From Eledone cirrhosa (lineage: Eukaryota), in the NCBI GenBank assembly GCA_964016885.1, contig OZ024740.1:5456001-5520000 (forward strand): DNA of 64,000 bases, read 5' to 3'. The translations under genes were made by a program, and so were the position numbers. The stretch's first letter is position 1, and each line of letters begins with the position of its first letter. Shown piece by piece: positions 15,001-30,000 of this stretch. Below the pieces are notes generated by a model. That model worked only from the letters and a program-made list of their open reading frames with translations. It searched no databases and was not told the DNA's origin.

Positions 15001-18000
15001 CTGTAAAGTGGTCATGTAGGTGTCATGACAAAAAGCACCCAGTCCACACAGTAAAGTGGTCATGTAGATGTCATGACAATAAGCCCCCTGTCCACACTGT
15101 AAAGTGGTCATGTAGGTGTCATGACAAAAAGCACCCACTCCACACTGTAAAGTGGTCATGTAGGTGTCTCAACAAAATGCACCCATACCACACTGTAAAG
15201 TGGTCATGCAGGTGTCACAACAAAAAGTACCCAGTCCACACTGTAAAGTTGTCATGTAGGTAGCAAAACAATAAGCACCCAGTCTACACTGAAATGTGGT
15301 CATGTAGGTTTCGTGACAATAACACCCAGTCCACACTGTATAGTGGTCATGTAGATATGAAGACAATAATTACGCAGTCCACAATGTAAAGTGGTCATGT
15401 AGGTGTAATTACAATAAGCCCCCAGTCCATACTGTAAAGTGGTCATGTAGGCATCAAGACAATAAACCCCCAGTCCACGCTGTAAAGTGGTCATGTAGGT
15501 GTCATTACAATAAGCCCCCAGTCCACACTGTAAAGTGGTCATGTAGGCATCAAGACAATAAGCCCCCAGTCCACACTGTAAAGTGATCATCTAGTCATCA
15601 AGACAATAAGCCCGCAGTCCACACTGTAGAGTGGTCATGTAGGTGTCATTACAATAAGCCCCCACTCCACACTGTAAAGTGGTCATGTAGGCATCAAGAC
15701 AATAAGCCCCCAGTCGACTCTGTAAAATGGTCATGTAGGCATCAAGACAATAATCCGCTAGTCCACACTGTAAAGTGGTCATGTAGACATCAAGACAATA
15801 AGCCCCCAGTCCAAACTGAAAAGTGGTCATGTAGGTGTCAAGACAATAAGCCCCCAGTCCACACTGTAAAGTGGTCATGTAGGCATCAAGACAATAAGCC
15901 CCCAGTCCACACTGTAAAGTGGTCATGTAGGTGTCATTTCAATAAACCCCCACTTCACACTGTAAAGTGGTCATGTAGGCATCAAGACAAAAACCCCCAG
16001 TCCAAACTGTAAAGTGGTCATGTAGGTGTCAAGACAATAAGCCCCCAGTCCACACTGTAAAGTGGTCATATAGGTGTCATGACAATAAGCCCCTAGTCCA
16101 CACTGTAGGGTGGTCCTGTAGGTGTCATGACAATAAGCCCCCAGTCCACACTGTAAAGTGATCATGTAGGTATCAAGACAATAAGTACCCAGTCCACACT
16201 CTAAAGTGGTTATGTAAGTGTCATGACAATATGCACCCAGTCGACACTGTAAAGTGGTCATGTAGGTGTCATGAGAATAAGCCGCCAGTACACACTGTAA
16301 AGTTATCATGTAGGCATCAAGACAATAAGCCACCAGTCCACACTGTAAAGTAGCCATCTAGGTATCAAGACGATACCCCCCAGTCCACACTGTAAAGTGG
16401 TCATGTAGGTGTCATGTCAATAAGCCCCTAGTCCACACTGTAAAGTGGTCATATAGGTGTCAAGACAATAAGGTCCCAGTCCACACTGTAAATTGTTCAG
16501 GTAGGTGTCATCACAATAGGCCCCAGTCCACACTGCAAGGTGATCCTGTAGGTGTCGTGATAATAAGCCCCCAGTCCACACTGTATAGTTTTCATGTAGG
16601 TATCATGACAATAAGCCCCCAGTCTACACTCTAAAGTGGTCATGTAGGCATGAAGACAATAATCCCTTAGTCCACACTGTAAAGTGGTCATGTAGGCATC
16701 AAGCAATAAGCCCCAGTCCACACTGTAAAGTGGTGATGTAGGTGTCATGTCAATAAGCCCCCACTCTACACTGTAAAGTGGTCATGTAGGCATCAAGACA
16801 CTAATCCACTAGTATACACTGTAAAGTGGACATGTAGGTGTCATGACAATAAGCCCCCAGTCCAGACTGTAAAGTGGTCATGTAGGTGTCATGACAAAAA
16901 GCACCCAGTCCACACAGTAAAGTGGTCATGTAGATGTCATGACAATAAGCCCCCTGTCCACACTGTAAAGTGGTCATGTAGGTGTCATGACAAAAAGCAC
17001 ACACTCCACACTGTAAAGTGGTCATGTAGGTGTCACAACAAAAAGTACCCAGTCCACACTGTAAAGTTGTCATGTAGGTATCAAGACAATAAGCACCCAG
17101 TCTACACTGAAATGTGGTCATGTAGGTTTCGTGACAATAACCCCCAGTCCACACTGTATAGTGGTCATGTAGATATCAAGACAATAATTACGCAGTCCAC
17201 AATGTAAAGTGGTCATGTAGGTGTCATTACAATAAGCCCCCAGTCCACACTGTAAAGTCGTCATGTAGGCATCAAGACAATAAGCCCCCAGTCCATACTG
17301 TAAAGTGGTCATGTAGGCATCAAGACAATAAACCCCCAGTCCACGCTGTAAAGTGGTCATGTAGGTGTCATTACAATAAGCCCCCAGTCCACACTGTAAA
17401 GTGGTCATGTAGGCATCAAGACAATAAGCCCCCAGTCCACACTGTAAAGTGATCATGTAGTCATCAAGACAAAAAGCCCCCAGTCCACACTGTAGAGTGG
17501 TCATGTAGGTGTCATTTCAATAAGCCCCCACTCCACACTGTAAAGTGGTCATGTAGGCATCAAGACAATAAGCCCCCAGTCGACTCTGTAAAGTGGTCAT
17601 GTAGGCATCAAGACAATAATCCCCTAGTCCACACTGTAAAGTGGTCATGTAGACATCAAGACAATAAGCCCCCAGTCCACACTGTAAAGTGGTCATGTAG
17701 GTGTCAAGACAATAAGCCCCCAGTCCACACTGTAAAGTGGTCATGTAGGCATCAAGACAATAAGCCCCCAGTCCACACTGTAAAGTGGTCATGTAGGTGT
17801 CATTTCAATAAACCCCCACTTCACACTGTAAAGTGGTCATGTAGGCATCAACACAATAAGCCCCCAGTCGACTCTGTAAAGTGGTCATGTAGGCATCAAT
17901 ACAATAATCCCCTAGTCCACACTGTAAAGTTGTCATGTAGGCATCAAGACAAAAACCCCCAGTCCAAACTGTAAAGTGGTCATGTAGGTATCAAGACAAT

Positions 18001-21000
18001 AAGTACCCAGTCCACACTCTAAAGTGGTCATGTAAGTGTCATGACAATAAGCACCCAGTCGACACTGTAAAGTGGTCATGTAGGTGTCATGACAATAAGC
18101 GCCCAGTCCACACTGTAAAGTGGTCATGTAGGTGTCACGACAATAAGCCGCCAGTACACACTGTAAAGTAGCCATCTAGGTATCAAGACGATACCCCCCA
18201 GTCCACACTGTAAAGTGGTCATGTAGGTGTCATGTCAATAAGCCCCTAGTCCACACTGTAAAGTGGTCATATAGGTGTCAAGACAATAAGGTCCCAGTCC
18301 ACACTGTAAATTGTTCAGGTAGGTGTCATGACAATAAGCCCCAGTCCACACTGCAAGGTGGTCCTGTAGGTGTCGTGATAATAAGCCCCCAGTCCACACT
18401 GTAAAGTGGTCATGTAGGTGTCATAACAAAAAGCCCCCAGTCCACACTGTAAAGTGGTCATGTAGGCATCAAGACAATAAGCCCCCAGTCCACACTGTAA
18501 AGTGGTGATGTAGGTGTCATGACAGTAAGCCCCGAGTCCACATTGTAAGGTGGTCATGTAGGTATCAAGACAATAAGTACCCAGTCCACATTCTAAAGTG
18601 GCCATGTCAGTGTCATGACAATAAGAACCCAGTCAACACTGTAAAGTGGTCATGTAGGTGTCATGACCATAAGCCCCCAGTCCACACTGTAAAGTTATCA
18701 TGTAGGCATCAAGACAATAAGCCACCAGTCCACACTGTAAAGTGGTCATGTAGGCATCAAGACAATAAGCCACCAGTCCACACTGTAAAGTGGTCATGTA
18801 GGCATCAAGGAAATAATCCCCCTGTCCACACTGTAAAGTGGTCATGTAGGCAACAAGACAATAAGCCCCCGGTCCACACTGTAAAGTGGTCATGTAGGTG
18901 TCTAGACAATAAGCCCCCAGTCCACACTGTAAAGTGGTCATGTAGGTGTCATGACAATAAGCCCCGAGTCCACACTGTAAAGTGGTCATGTAGGTGTCAT
19001 GACAATAAGCCCCCAGTCCAGACTGTAAAGTGGTCATGTAGGTGTCATGACAAAAAGCACCCAGTCCACACTGTAAAGTGGTCATATAGGTGTCAGGGCA
19101 ATAAGTACCCATCCACAATGTAAAGTGGTCATGTATTTGTCATGACAAAAAGGACCCAGTCCACACTGTAAAGTGGTCATGTAGGTATCAAGACAATAAT
19201 CACCCAGTCTACACTGTAAAGTTTTCATGTAGGTATCAAGACAAAAAGTACACAGTCCACACTGTAAAGTTGTCATGTAGGTATCAAGACAATAAGCACC
19301 CGGTCTACACTGAAATGTGGTCATGTAGGTGACGTGACAATTACACCCAGTCCACACTGTAAAGTGGTCATGTATGCATCAAGACAATAAGCCCCCAGTC
19401 CACACTGTAAAGTGGTCATGTAGGTGTCATGACAATAAGCCCCCAGACCAGACTGAAAAGTGGTCATGTAGGTGTCATGACAAAAAGCACCCAGTCCACA
19501 CTGTAAAGTGGTCATATAGGTGTCAGGGCAATAAGTACCCATCCACATTGTAAAGTGGTCATGTATTTGTCATGACAAAAAGCACCCAGTCCACACTGTA
19601 AAGTGGTCATGTATGTGTCATGAAAATAAGCACCCAGTCCACACTGTAAAGTGGTCATGTAGGTGTCATGACAATAAGCACCCAGTCCACACTGTAAAGT
19701 GGTCATGTAGGTGTCATTACAATAAGCCCCCAGTCCACACTGTAAAGTCTTCATGTAGGCATCTAGTCAATAAGCCCCCAGTCCTCACTGTAAAGTGGTC
19801 ATGTAGGCATCAAGACAATAAGCCCCCAGTCCACACTGTAAAGTGGTCATGTAGGTGTCAAGACAATAAGCCCCCAGTCCACACTGTAAAGTGGTCATGT
19901 AGGTGTCATGACAATAAGCCCCGAGTACACAGTGTAAGGTGGTCCTGTAGGTGTCATGACAATAAGCCCCCAGTCCACACTGTAAAGTGGTCATGTAGGC
20001 ATCAAGACAATAAGCCCCCAGTCCACACTGTAAAGTGGTCATGTATGTGTCATGACAATAAGCCCCCAGTGTCACACTGTAAAATGGTCATGTAGGCATC
20101 AAGAAAATAATCCCCCTGTCCACACTGTAAAGTGGTCATTTAGGCATCAAGACAATAAGCCCCCAGTCCACACTGTAAAGTGATCATGTAGGCATCAAGA
20201 CAATAAGCCCCCAGTCCACACTGTAAAGTGGTCATGTAGGCATCAAGACAATAAACCCCCAGTCCACACAGCAAAGTGGTCATGTAGGTGTCATGACAAT
20301 AAGACCCCAGTCCACACTGTAAAGTGGACATATAGGTGTCATGACAATAAGCCCCCAGTCCACACTGTAAGGTGGTCCTGTAGGTGTCATGACAAAAAGC
20401 CCCCAGTCCACACTGTAAAGTGGTAATGTAGGTATCAAGACAATAAGTATCCAGTCCACACTCTAAAGTGGCCATGTAGGTGTCATGACAATAAGCACCC
20501 AGTCGACACTGTAAAGTCGTCATGTAGGTGTCATGACAATAAGCCGCCAGTCCACACTGTAAAGTTATCATGTAGGCATCAAGACCATAAGCCACCAGTC
20601 CACACTGTAAACTAGCCATCTAGGTATCAAGACGATAAGCCCCCAGTCCACACTGTAAAGTGGTCATATAGGTGTCATGTCAATAAGCCCCCAGTCCACA
20701 CTGTAAAATGGTCATATAGGTGTCAAGACAATAAGGTCCCAGTCCACACTGTAAATTGTTCAAGTAGGTGTCATGACAATAAGCCCCAGTCCACACTGTA
20801 AAGTGGTCATGTATGTATCAAGACAATAAGTACCCGGTCTACACTGTAAAGTGGTCATGTAGGTATCATGACAAAAAGCACCCTGTCCACACTGTAAAGT
20901 GTTCATGTAGATATCAAGACAATAAGTATCCGGTCCACACTGTAAAGTGGTCATGTAGGTGTCATGACAAGAAGCACCCAGTCCACACAGTTAAGTGGTC

Positions 21001-24000
21001 ATGTAGGTGTCATGACAATAAGCCCACAGACCAGGCTGTAAAGTGGTCGTGTAGATGCCATGACAAAAAGTACCCAGTCCACACTGTAAAGTGGTAATGT
21101 AGGTGTCATGAGAATAAGCCCCCAGTCCAGACTGTAAAGTGGTCATGTAGGTGTCATGACAAGAAGCACCCAGTCCAACCTGTAAAGTGGTCATATAGGT
21201 GTCAGGGCAATAAGTACCCAGTCCACATTGTAAAGTGGTCATGTATTTGTCATGACAAAAAGCACCCAGTCCACACTGTAAAGTGGTCATGTATGTGTCA
21301 TGAAAATAAGCACCCAGTCCACACTGTAAAGTGGTCATGTAGGTGTCATGACAATAAGCACCCAGTCCACACTGTAAAGTGGTCATGTAGGTGTCATTTC
21401 AATAAGCCGCCACTCCACACTGTAAAGTGGTCATGTAGGCATCAAGACAATAAGCCCCCAGTCCACACTGTAAAGTGGTCATGTAGGCATCAAGACAATA
21501 AACCCCCAGTCCACACAGCAAAGTGGTCATGTAGGTGTTATGACAATAAGACCCCAGTCCACACTGTAAAGTGGACATATAGGTGTCATGACAATAAGCC
21601 CCCAGTCCACACTGTAAGGTGGTCCTGTAGGTGTCATGACAAAAAGCCCCCAGTCCACACTGTAAAGTGGTAATGTAGGTATCAAGACAATAAGTATCCA
21701 GTCCACACTCTAAAGTGGCCATGTAGGTGTCATGACAATAAGCACCCAGTCGAAACTGTAAAGTGGTCATGTAGGTGTCATGACAATAAGCCGCCAGTCC
21801 ACACTGTAAAGTTATCATGTAGGCATCAAGACCATAAGCCACCAGTCCACACTGTAAACTAGCCATCTAGGTATCAAGACGATAAGCCCCCAGTCCACAC
21901 TGTAAAGTGGTCATATAGGTGTCATGTCAATAAGCCCCCAGTCCACACTGTAAAATGGTCATATAGGTGTCAAGACAATAAGGTCCCAGTCCACACTGTA
22001 AATTGTTCAAGTAGGTGTCATGACAATAAGCCCCAGTCCACACTGTAAAGTGGTCATGTATGTATCAAGACAATAAGTACCCGGTCTACACTGTAAAGTG
22101 GTCATGTAGGTATCATGACAAAAAGCACCCTGTCCACACTGTAAAGTGTTCATGTAGGTATCAAGACAATAAGTATCCGGTCCACACTGTAAAGTGGTCA
22201 TGTAGGTGTCATGACAAGAAGCACCCAGTCCACACAGTTAAGTGGTCATGTAGGTGTCATGACAATAAGCCCACAGACCAGGCTGTAAAGTGGTCATGTA
22301 GATGCCATGACAAAAAGTACCCAGTCCACACTGTAAAGTGGTAATGTAGGTGTCATGAGAATAAGCCCCCAGTCCAGACTGTAAAGTGGTCATGTAGGTG
22401 TCATGACAAGAAGCACCCAGTCCACACTGTAAAGTGGTCATATAGGTGTCAGGGCAATAAGTACCCAGTCCACAATGTAAAGTGGTCATGTAAGTCTCAT
22501 GACAAAAAGCACCCAGTCCACACTGTAAAGTGGTCATGTAGGTATCAAGACAATAAGCACCCAGTCTACACTGTAAAGTTTTCATGTAGGTATCAAGACA
22601 AAAATTACACAGTCCACACTGTAAAGTTGTCATGTAGGTATCAAGACAATAAGCACCCAGTCTACACTGAAATGTGGTCATGTTGGTTTCGTGACAATAA
22701 CACCCAGTCCACACTGTAAAGTGGTCATGTAGGTATCAAGACAATAAGTACACAGTCCACACTGTAAACTGAACATGTAGGTGTCATGACAATAAGCACC
22801 CAGTCCACACTATAAAGTGGTCATGTAGGTGTCATTACAATAAGCCCCCATTCCACACTGTAAAGTTTTCATGTATGTGTCAAGACAATAAGCCCCCAGT
22901 CCACACTGTAAAGTGGTCATGTAGGCATCAAGACAATAAGCCCCCGGTCCACACTGTAAAGTGGTGATGTAGGTGTCATGACAATAAGCCCCGAGTCCAC
23001 ACTCTAAGGTGGTCCTGTAGGTGTCATGACAATAAGCCCCCAGTCCACACTGTGAAGTGGTCATGTAGGCATCAAGGCAATAAGCCCCCAGTCCACACTG
23101 TAATGTGGTCATGTAGGCATCAAGGAAATAATCCCCCTCTCCACACTGTAAAGTGGTCATGTAGGCATCAAGGCAATAAGCCCCCAGTCCACACTGTAAA
23201 GTGGTCATGTAGGTGTCTAGACAATAAGCCCCTAGTCCCCACTGTAAAGTGGTCATGTAGGTGTCATGACAATAATCCCCCAGTCCAGACTGTAAAGTGG
23301 TCATGTAGGTGTCATGACAAGAAGCACCCAGTCCACACTGTAAAGTGGTCATATAGGTGTCAGGGCAATAAGTACCCATCCACAATGTAAAGTGGTCATG
23401 TATTTGTCATGGCAAAAAGCACCCAGTCCACACTGTAAAGTGGTCATGTAGGTATCAAGACAATAATCACCCAGTCTACACTGTAAAGTTTTCATGTAGG
23501 TATCAAGACAAAAAGTACACAGTCCACACTGTAATGTTGTCATGTAGGTATCAAGACAATAAGCACCCGGTCTACACTGAAATGTGGTCATGTAGGTGTC
23601 GTGACAATAACACCCAGTCCACACTGTAAAGTGGTCATGTAGGTATCAAGACGATAAGTACACAGTCCACACTGTAAAATGGTCATGTAGGTGTCATGAC
23701 AATAAGCACCCAGTCCACACTGTAAAGTGGTCATGTAGGTGTCATTACAATAAGCCCCCAGTCCACACTGTAAAGTCTTCATGTAGGCATCAAGACAATA
23801 AGCCCCCAGTCCTCACTGTAAAGTGGTCATGTAGGCATCAAGACAATAAGCCCCCAGTCCACACTGTAAAGTGGTCATGTAGGTGTCAAGACATTAAGCC
23901 CCCAGTCCACACTGTAAAGTGGTCATGTAGGTGTCATGACAATAAGCCCCGAGTCCACACTGTAAGGTGTCATGACAATAAGCCCCCAGTCCACACTGTA

Positions 24001-27000
24001 AAGTTGTCATGTAGGTATCAAGACAATAAGCACCCGGTCTACACTGAAATGTGGTCATGTAGGTGTCGTGACAATAACACCCAGTCCACACTGTAAAGTG
24101 GTCATGTAGGTATCAAGACGATAAGTACACAGTCCACACTGTAAAGTGGTCATGTAGGTGTCATGACAATAAGCCCCCAGTCCACACTGTAAAGTGGTCA
24201 TGTATGTGTCATGACAATAAGCCCCCAGTGTCACACTGTAAAATGGTCATGTAGGCATCAAGAAAATAATCCCCCTGTCCACACTGTAAAGTGGTCATGT
24301 AGGCATCAAGACAATAAGCCCCCAGTCCACACTGTAAAGTGATCATGTAGGCATCAAGACAATAAGCCCCCAGTCCACACTGTAAAGTGGTCATGTAGGT
24401 GTCATTTCAATAAGCCCCCACTCCACACTGTAAAGTGGTCATGTAGGCATCAAGACAATAAGCCTCCAGTCGACTCTGTAAAGTGGTCATGTAGGCATCA
24501 AGACAATAATCCCCTAGTCCACACTGTAAAGTGGTCATGTAGGCATCAAGACAATAAACCCCCAGTCCACACTGTAAAGTGGTCATGTAGGTGTCAAGAC
24601 AATAAGCCCCCAGTCCACACTGTAAAGTGGTCATATAGGTGTCATGACAAGAAGCCCCCAGTCCACACTGTAAGGTGGTCCTGTAGGTGTCATGTCAATA
24701 AGCCCCCAGTCCACACTGTAAAGTGGTAATGTAGGTATCACGACAATAAGTACCCAGTCCACACTCTAAAGTGGCCATGTAGGTGTCATGACAATAAGCA
24801 CCCAGTTGACACTGTAAAGTGGTCATGTAGGTGTCATGACAATAAGCGCCCAGTCCACACTGTAAAGTGGTCATGTAGGTGTCATGACAATAAGCCGCCA
24901 GTCCACACTGTAAAGTTATCATGTAGGCATCAAGACCATAAGCCACCAGTCCACACTGTAAAGTGGTCATATAGGTGTCAAGACAATAATGTCCCAGTCC
25001 ACACTGTAAATTGTTCAGGTAGGTGTCATGACAATGAGCCCCAGTCCACACTGTAAGGTGGTGTTGTAGGTGACGTGATAATAAGCCCCCAGTCAACACT
25101 GTAAAGTGTTCATGTAGGTGTCATGACAATAAGCCCCCAGTCGACACTGTAAAGTGGTCCTGTAGGTGTCATGACAAAAAGCACCCAGTCGACACTGTAA
25201 AGTGGTCATATAGGTGTCAGGGCAATAAGTACCCAGTCCACAATGTAAAGTGGTCATGTAGGTGTCAAGACAATAAGCCCCCAGTCGACACTGTAAAGTG
25301 GTCATATAAGTGTCATGACAATAAGCCCCCAGTCCACACTGTAAAGTGGTCCTGTAGGTGTCATGACAATAAGCCCCCAGTCCACACTGTAAAGTGGTAA
25401 TGTAGGTATCAAGACAATAAGTACCCAGTCCACACTCTAAAGTGGCCATGTAGGTGTCATGACAATAAGCACCCAGTCGACACCGTAAAGTGGTCATGTA
25501 GGTGTCATGACAATAAGCGCCCAGTCCACACTGTAAAGTGGTCATGTAGGTGTCATGACAATAAGCCGCCAGTCCACACTGTAAAGTGGTCATGTAGGCA
25601 TTAAGGCAATAAGCCCCCAGTCCACACTGTAATGTGGTCATGTATGTGTCATGACAATAAACCCCCAGTGTCACACTGTAAATTGGTTATGTAGGCATCA
25701 AGAAAATAATCCCCCTGTCCACACTGTAAAGTGGTCATGTAGGCATCAAGACAATAAACCCCCAGTCCACACTGTAAAGTGGTCATGTAGGTGTCTAAAC
25801 AATAAGCCCCCAGTCCACACTGTAAAGTGGTCATGTAGGTGTCATGACAATAAGCCCCGAGTCCACACTGTAAGGTGGTCCTGTAGGTGTCATGACAATA
25901 AGCCCCCAGTCCACACTGTAAAGTGGTCATGTAGGCATCAAGACAATAAGCCCCCAGTTCACACTGTAAAGTGGTCATGTATGTGTCATGACAATAAGCC
26001 CCCAGTGTCACACTGTAAAGTGGTCATTTAGGCATCAAGGAAATAATCCCCCTCTCCACACTGTAAAGTGGTCATGTAGGCATCTAGACAATAAGCCCCC
26101 AGTCCACACTGTAAAGTGGTCATGTAGGTGTCATGACAATAAGCCCCGAGTCCACACTGTAAAGTGGTCATGTAGGTGTCATGACAATAAGCCCCCAGTC
26201 CAGACTGTAAAGTGGTCATGTAGGTGTCATGACAAAAAGCACCCAGTCCACACTGTAAAGTGGTCATATAGGTGTCAGGGCAATAAATACCCATCCACAA
26301 TGTAAAGTGGTCATGTATTTGTCATGACAAAAAGCACCCAGTCTACACTGTAAAGTTTTCATGTAGGTATCAAGACAAAAAGTACACAGTCCACTCTGTA
26401 AAGTTGTCATGTAGGTATCAAGACAATAAGCACCCGGTCTACACTGAAATGTGGTCATGTAGGTGTCGTGACAATAACACACAGTCCACACTGTAAAGTG
26501 GTCATGTAGGTATCAAGACGATAAGTACACAGTCCACACTGTAAAGTGGTCATGTAGGTGTCATGACAATAAGCACCCAGTCCACACTGTAAAGTGGTCA
26601 TGTAGGTGTCATTACAATAAGCCCCCAGTCCACACTGTAAAGTCTTCATGTAGGCATCAAGACAATAAGCCCCCAGTCCTCACTGTAAAGTGGTCATGTA
26701 GGCATCAAGACAATAAGCCCCCAGTCCACACTGTAAAGTGGTCATGTAGGTGTCAAGACATTAAGCCCCCAGTCCACACTGTAAATTGGTCATGTAGGTG
26801 TCATGACAATAAGCCCCGAGTCCACACTGTAAGGTGGTCCTGTAGGTGTCATGACAATAAGCCCCCAGTCCACACTGTAAAGTGGTCATGTAGGCATCAA
26901 GACAGTAAGCCCCCAGTCCACACTGTAAAGTGGTCATGTATGTGTCATGACAATAAGCCCCCAGTGTCACACTGTAAAATGGTCATGTAGGCATCAAGAA

Positions 27001-30000
27001 AATAATCCCCCTGTCCACACTGTATAGTGGTCATGTTGGCATCAAGACAATAAGCCCCCAGTCCACACTGTAAAGTGATCATGTAGGCATTAAGACAATA
27101 AGCCCCCAGTCCACACTGTAAAGTGGTCATGTATGTGTCAGGAAAATAAGCACCCAGTCCACACTGTAAAGTGGTCATGTAGGCATCAAGACAATAAGCC
27201 CCCAGTTCACACTGTAAAGTGGTCATGTAGGTGTCATTTCAATAAGCCCCCACTCCACACTGTAAAGTGGTCATGTAGGCATCAAGACAATAAGCCCCCA
27301 GTCGACTCTGTAAAGTGGTCAAGTAGGCATCAAGACAATAATCCCTTAGTCCACACTGTAAAGTGGTCATGTAGGCATCAAGACAATAAACCCCCAGTCC
27401 AAACTGTAAAGTGGTCATGTAGGTGTCAAGACAATAAGCCCCCAGTCCACACTGTAAAGTGGTCATATAGGTGTCATGACAAGAAGCCCCCAGTCCACAC
27501 TGTAAGGTGGGCCTGTAGGTGTCATGACAATAAGCCCCCAGTCCACACTGTAAAGTGGTAATGTAGGTATCACGACAATAAGTACCCAGTCCACACTGTA
27601 AAGTGGTCATGTAGGTGTCATGACAATAAGCGCCCAGTCCACACTGTAAAGTGGTCATGTAGGTGTCATGACAATAAGCCGCCAGTCCACACTGTAAAGT
27701 TATCATGTAGGCATCAAGACCATAAGCCACCAGTCCACACTGTAAACTAGCCATCTAGGTATCTAGACGATAAGACCCCAGTCCACACTGTAAAGTGGTC
27801 ATATAGGTGTCATGTCAATAAGCCCCCAGTCCACACTGTAAAGTGGTCATGTAGGTGTCATGTCAATAAGCCCCCAGTCCACACTGTAAAGTGGTCATGT
27901 AGGTGTCATGTCAATAAGCCCCCAGTCCACACTGTAAAGTGGTCATATAGGTGTCAAGACAATAAGACCCCAGTCCACACTGTAAATTGTTCAGGTAGGT
28001 GTCATGACAATGAGCCCCAGTCCACACTGTAAGGTGGTGTTGTAGGTGACGTGATAATAAGCCCCCAGTCAACACTGTAAAGTGTTCATGTAGGTGTCAT
28101 GACAATAAGCCCCCAGTCGACACTGTAAAGTGGTCATGTAGGTGTCATGACAAAAAGCACCCAGTCGACACTGTAAAGTGATCATATAGGTGTCAGGGCA
28201 ATAAGTACCCAGTCCACAATGGAAAGTGGTCATGTAGGTGTCAAGACAATAAGCCCCCAGTCGACACTGTAAAGTGGTCATATAAGTGTCATGACAATAA
28301 GCCCCCAGTCCACACTGTAAGGTGGTCCTGTAGGTGTCATGACAATAAGCCCCCAGTCCACACTGTAAAGTGGTAATGTAGGTATCAAGACAATAAGTAC
28401 CCAGTCCACACTCTAAAGTGGCCATGTAGGTGTCATGACAATAAGCACCCAGTCGACACGGTAAAGTGGTCATGTAGGTGGCATGACAATAAGCGGCCAG
28501 TCCACACTGTAAAGTGGCCATGTATGTGTCATGACAATAAACCCCCAGTGTCACACTGTAAAGTGGTTATCTAGACATCAAGAAAATAATCCCCCTGTCC
28601 ACACTGTAAAGTGGTCATGTAGGCATCAAGACAATAAACCCCCAGTCCACACTGTAAAGTGGTCATGTAGGTGTCTAAACAATAAGCCCCCAGTCCACAC
28701 TGTAAAGTGGTCATGTAGGTGTCATGACAATAAGCCCCGAGTCCACACTGTAAGGTGGTCCTGTAGGTGTCATGACAATAAGCCCCCAGTCCACACTGTA
28801 AAGTGGTCATGTAGGCATCAATACAATAAGCCCCCAGTTCACACTGTAAAGTGGTCATGTATGTGTCATGACAATAAGCCCCCAGTGTCACACTGTAAAG
28901 TGGTCATGTAGGCATCAAGGAAATAATCCCCCTCTCCACACTGTAAAGTGGTCATGTAGGCATCAAGACAATAAGCCCCCAGTCCACACTGTAAAGTGGT
29001 CATGTAGGTGTCATGACAATAAGCCCCGAGTCCACACTGTAAAGTGGTCATGTAGGTGTCATGACAATAAGCCCCCAGTCCAGACTGTAAAGTGGTCCTG
29101 TAGGTGTCATGACAAAAAGCACCCAGTCCACACTGTAAAGTGGTCATATAGGTGTCAGGGCAATAAATACCCATCCACAATGTAAAGTGGTCATGTATTT
29201 GTCATGACAAAAAGCACCCAGTCCACACTGTAAAGTGGTCATGTAGGTATCAAGACAATAATCACCCAGTCTACACTGTAAAGTTTTCATGTAGGTATCA
29301 AGACAAAAAGTACACAGTCCACACTGTAAAGTTGTCATGTAGGTATCAAGACAATAAGCACCCGGTCTACACTGAAATGTGGTCATGTAGGTGTCATGAC
29401 AATAAGCACCCAGTCCACACTGTAAAGTGGTCATGTAGGTGTCATTACAATAAGCCCCCAGTCCACACTGTAAAGTCTTCATGTAGGCATCAAGACAATA
29501 AACCCCCAGTCCTCACTGTAAAGTGGTCATGTAGGCATCAAGACAATAAGCCCCCAGTCCACACTGTAAAGTGGTCATGTAGGTGTCAAGACATTAAGCC
29601 CCCAGTCCACACTGTAAATTGGTCATGTAGGTGTCATGACAATAAGCCCCGAGTCCACACTGTAAGGTGGTCCTGTAGGTGTCATGACAATAAGCCCCCA
29701 GTCCACACTGTAAAGTGGTCATGTAGGCAGCAAGACAATAAGCCCCCAGTCCACACTGTAAAGTGGTCATGTATGTGTCATGACAATAAGCCCCCAGTGT
29801 CACACTGTAAAATGGTCATGTAGGCATCAAGAAAATAAGCACCCAGTCCACACTGTAAAGTGGTCATGTAGGCATCAATACAATAAGCCCCCAGTCCACA
29901 CTGTAAAGTGGTCATGTAGGTGTCATTTCAATAAGCCCCCACTCCACACTGTAAAGTGGTCATGTAGGCATCAAGACAATAAGCCCCCAGTCGACTCTGT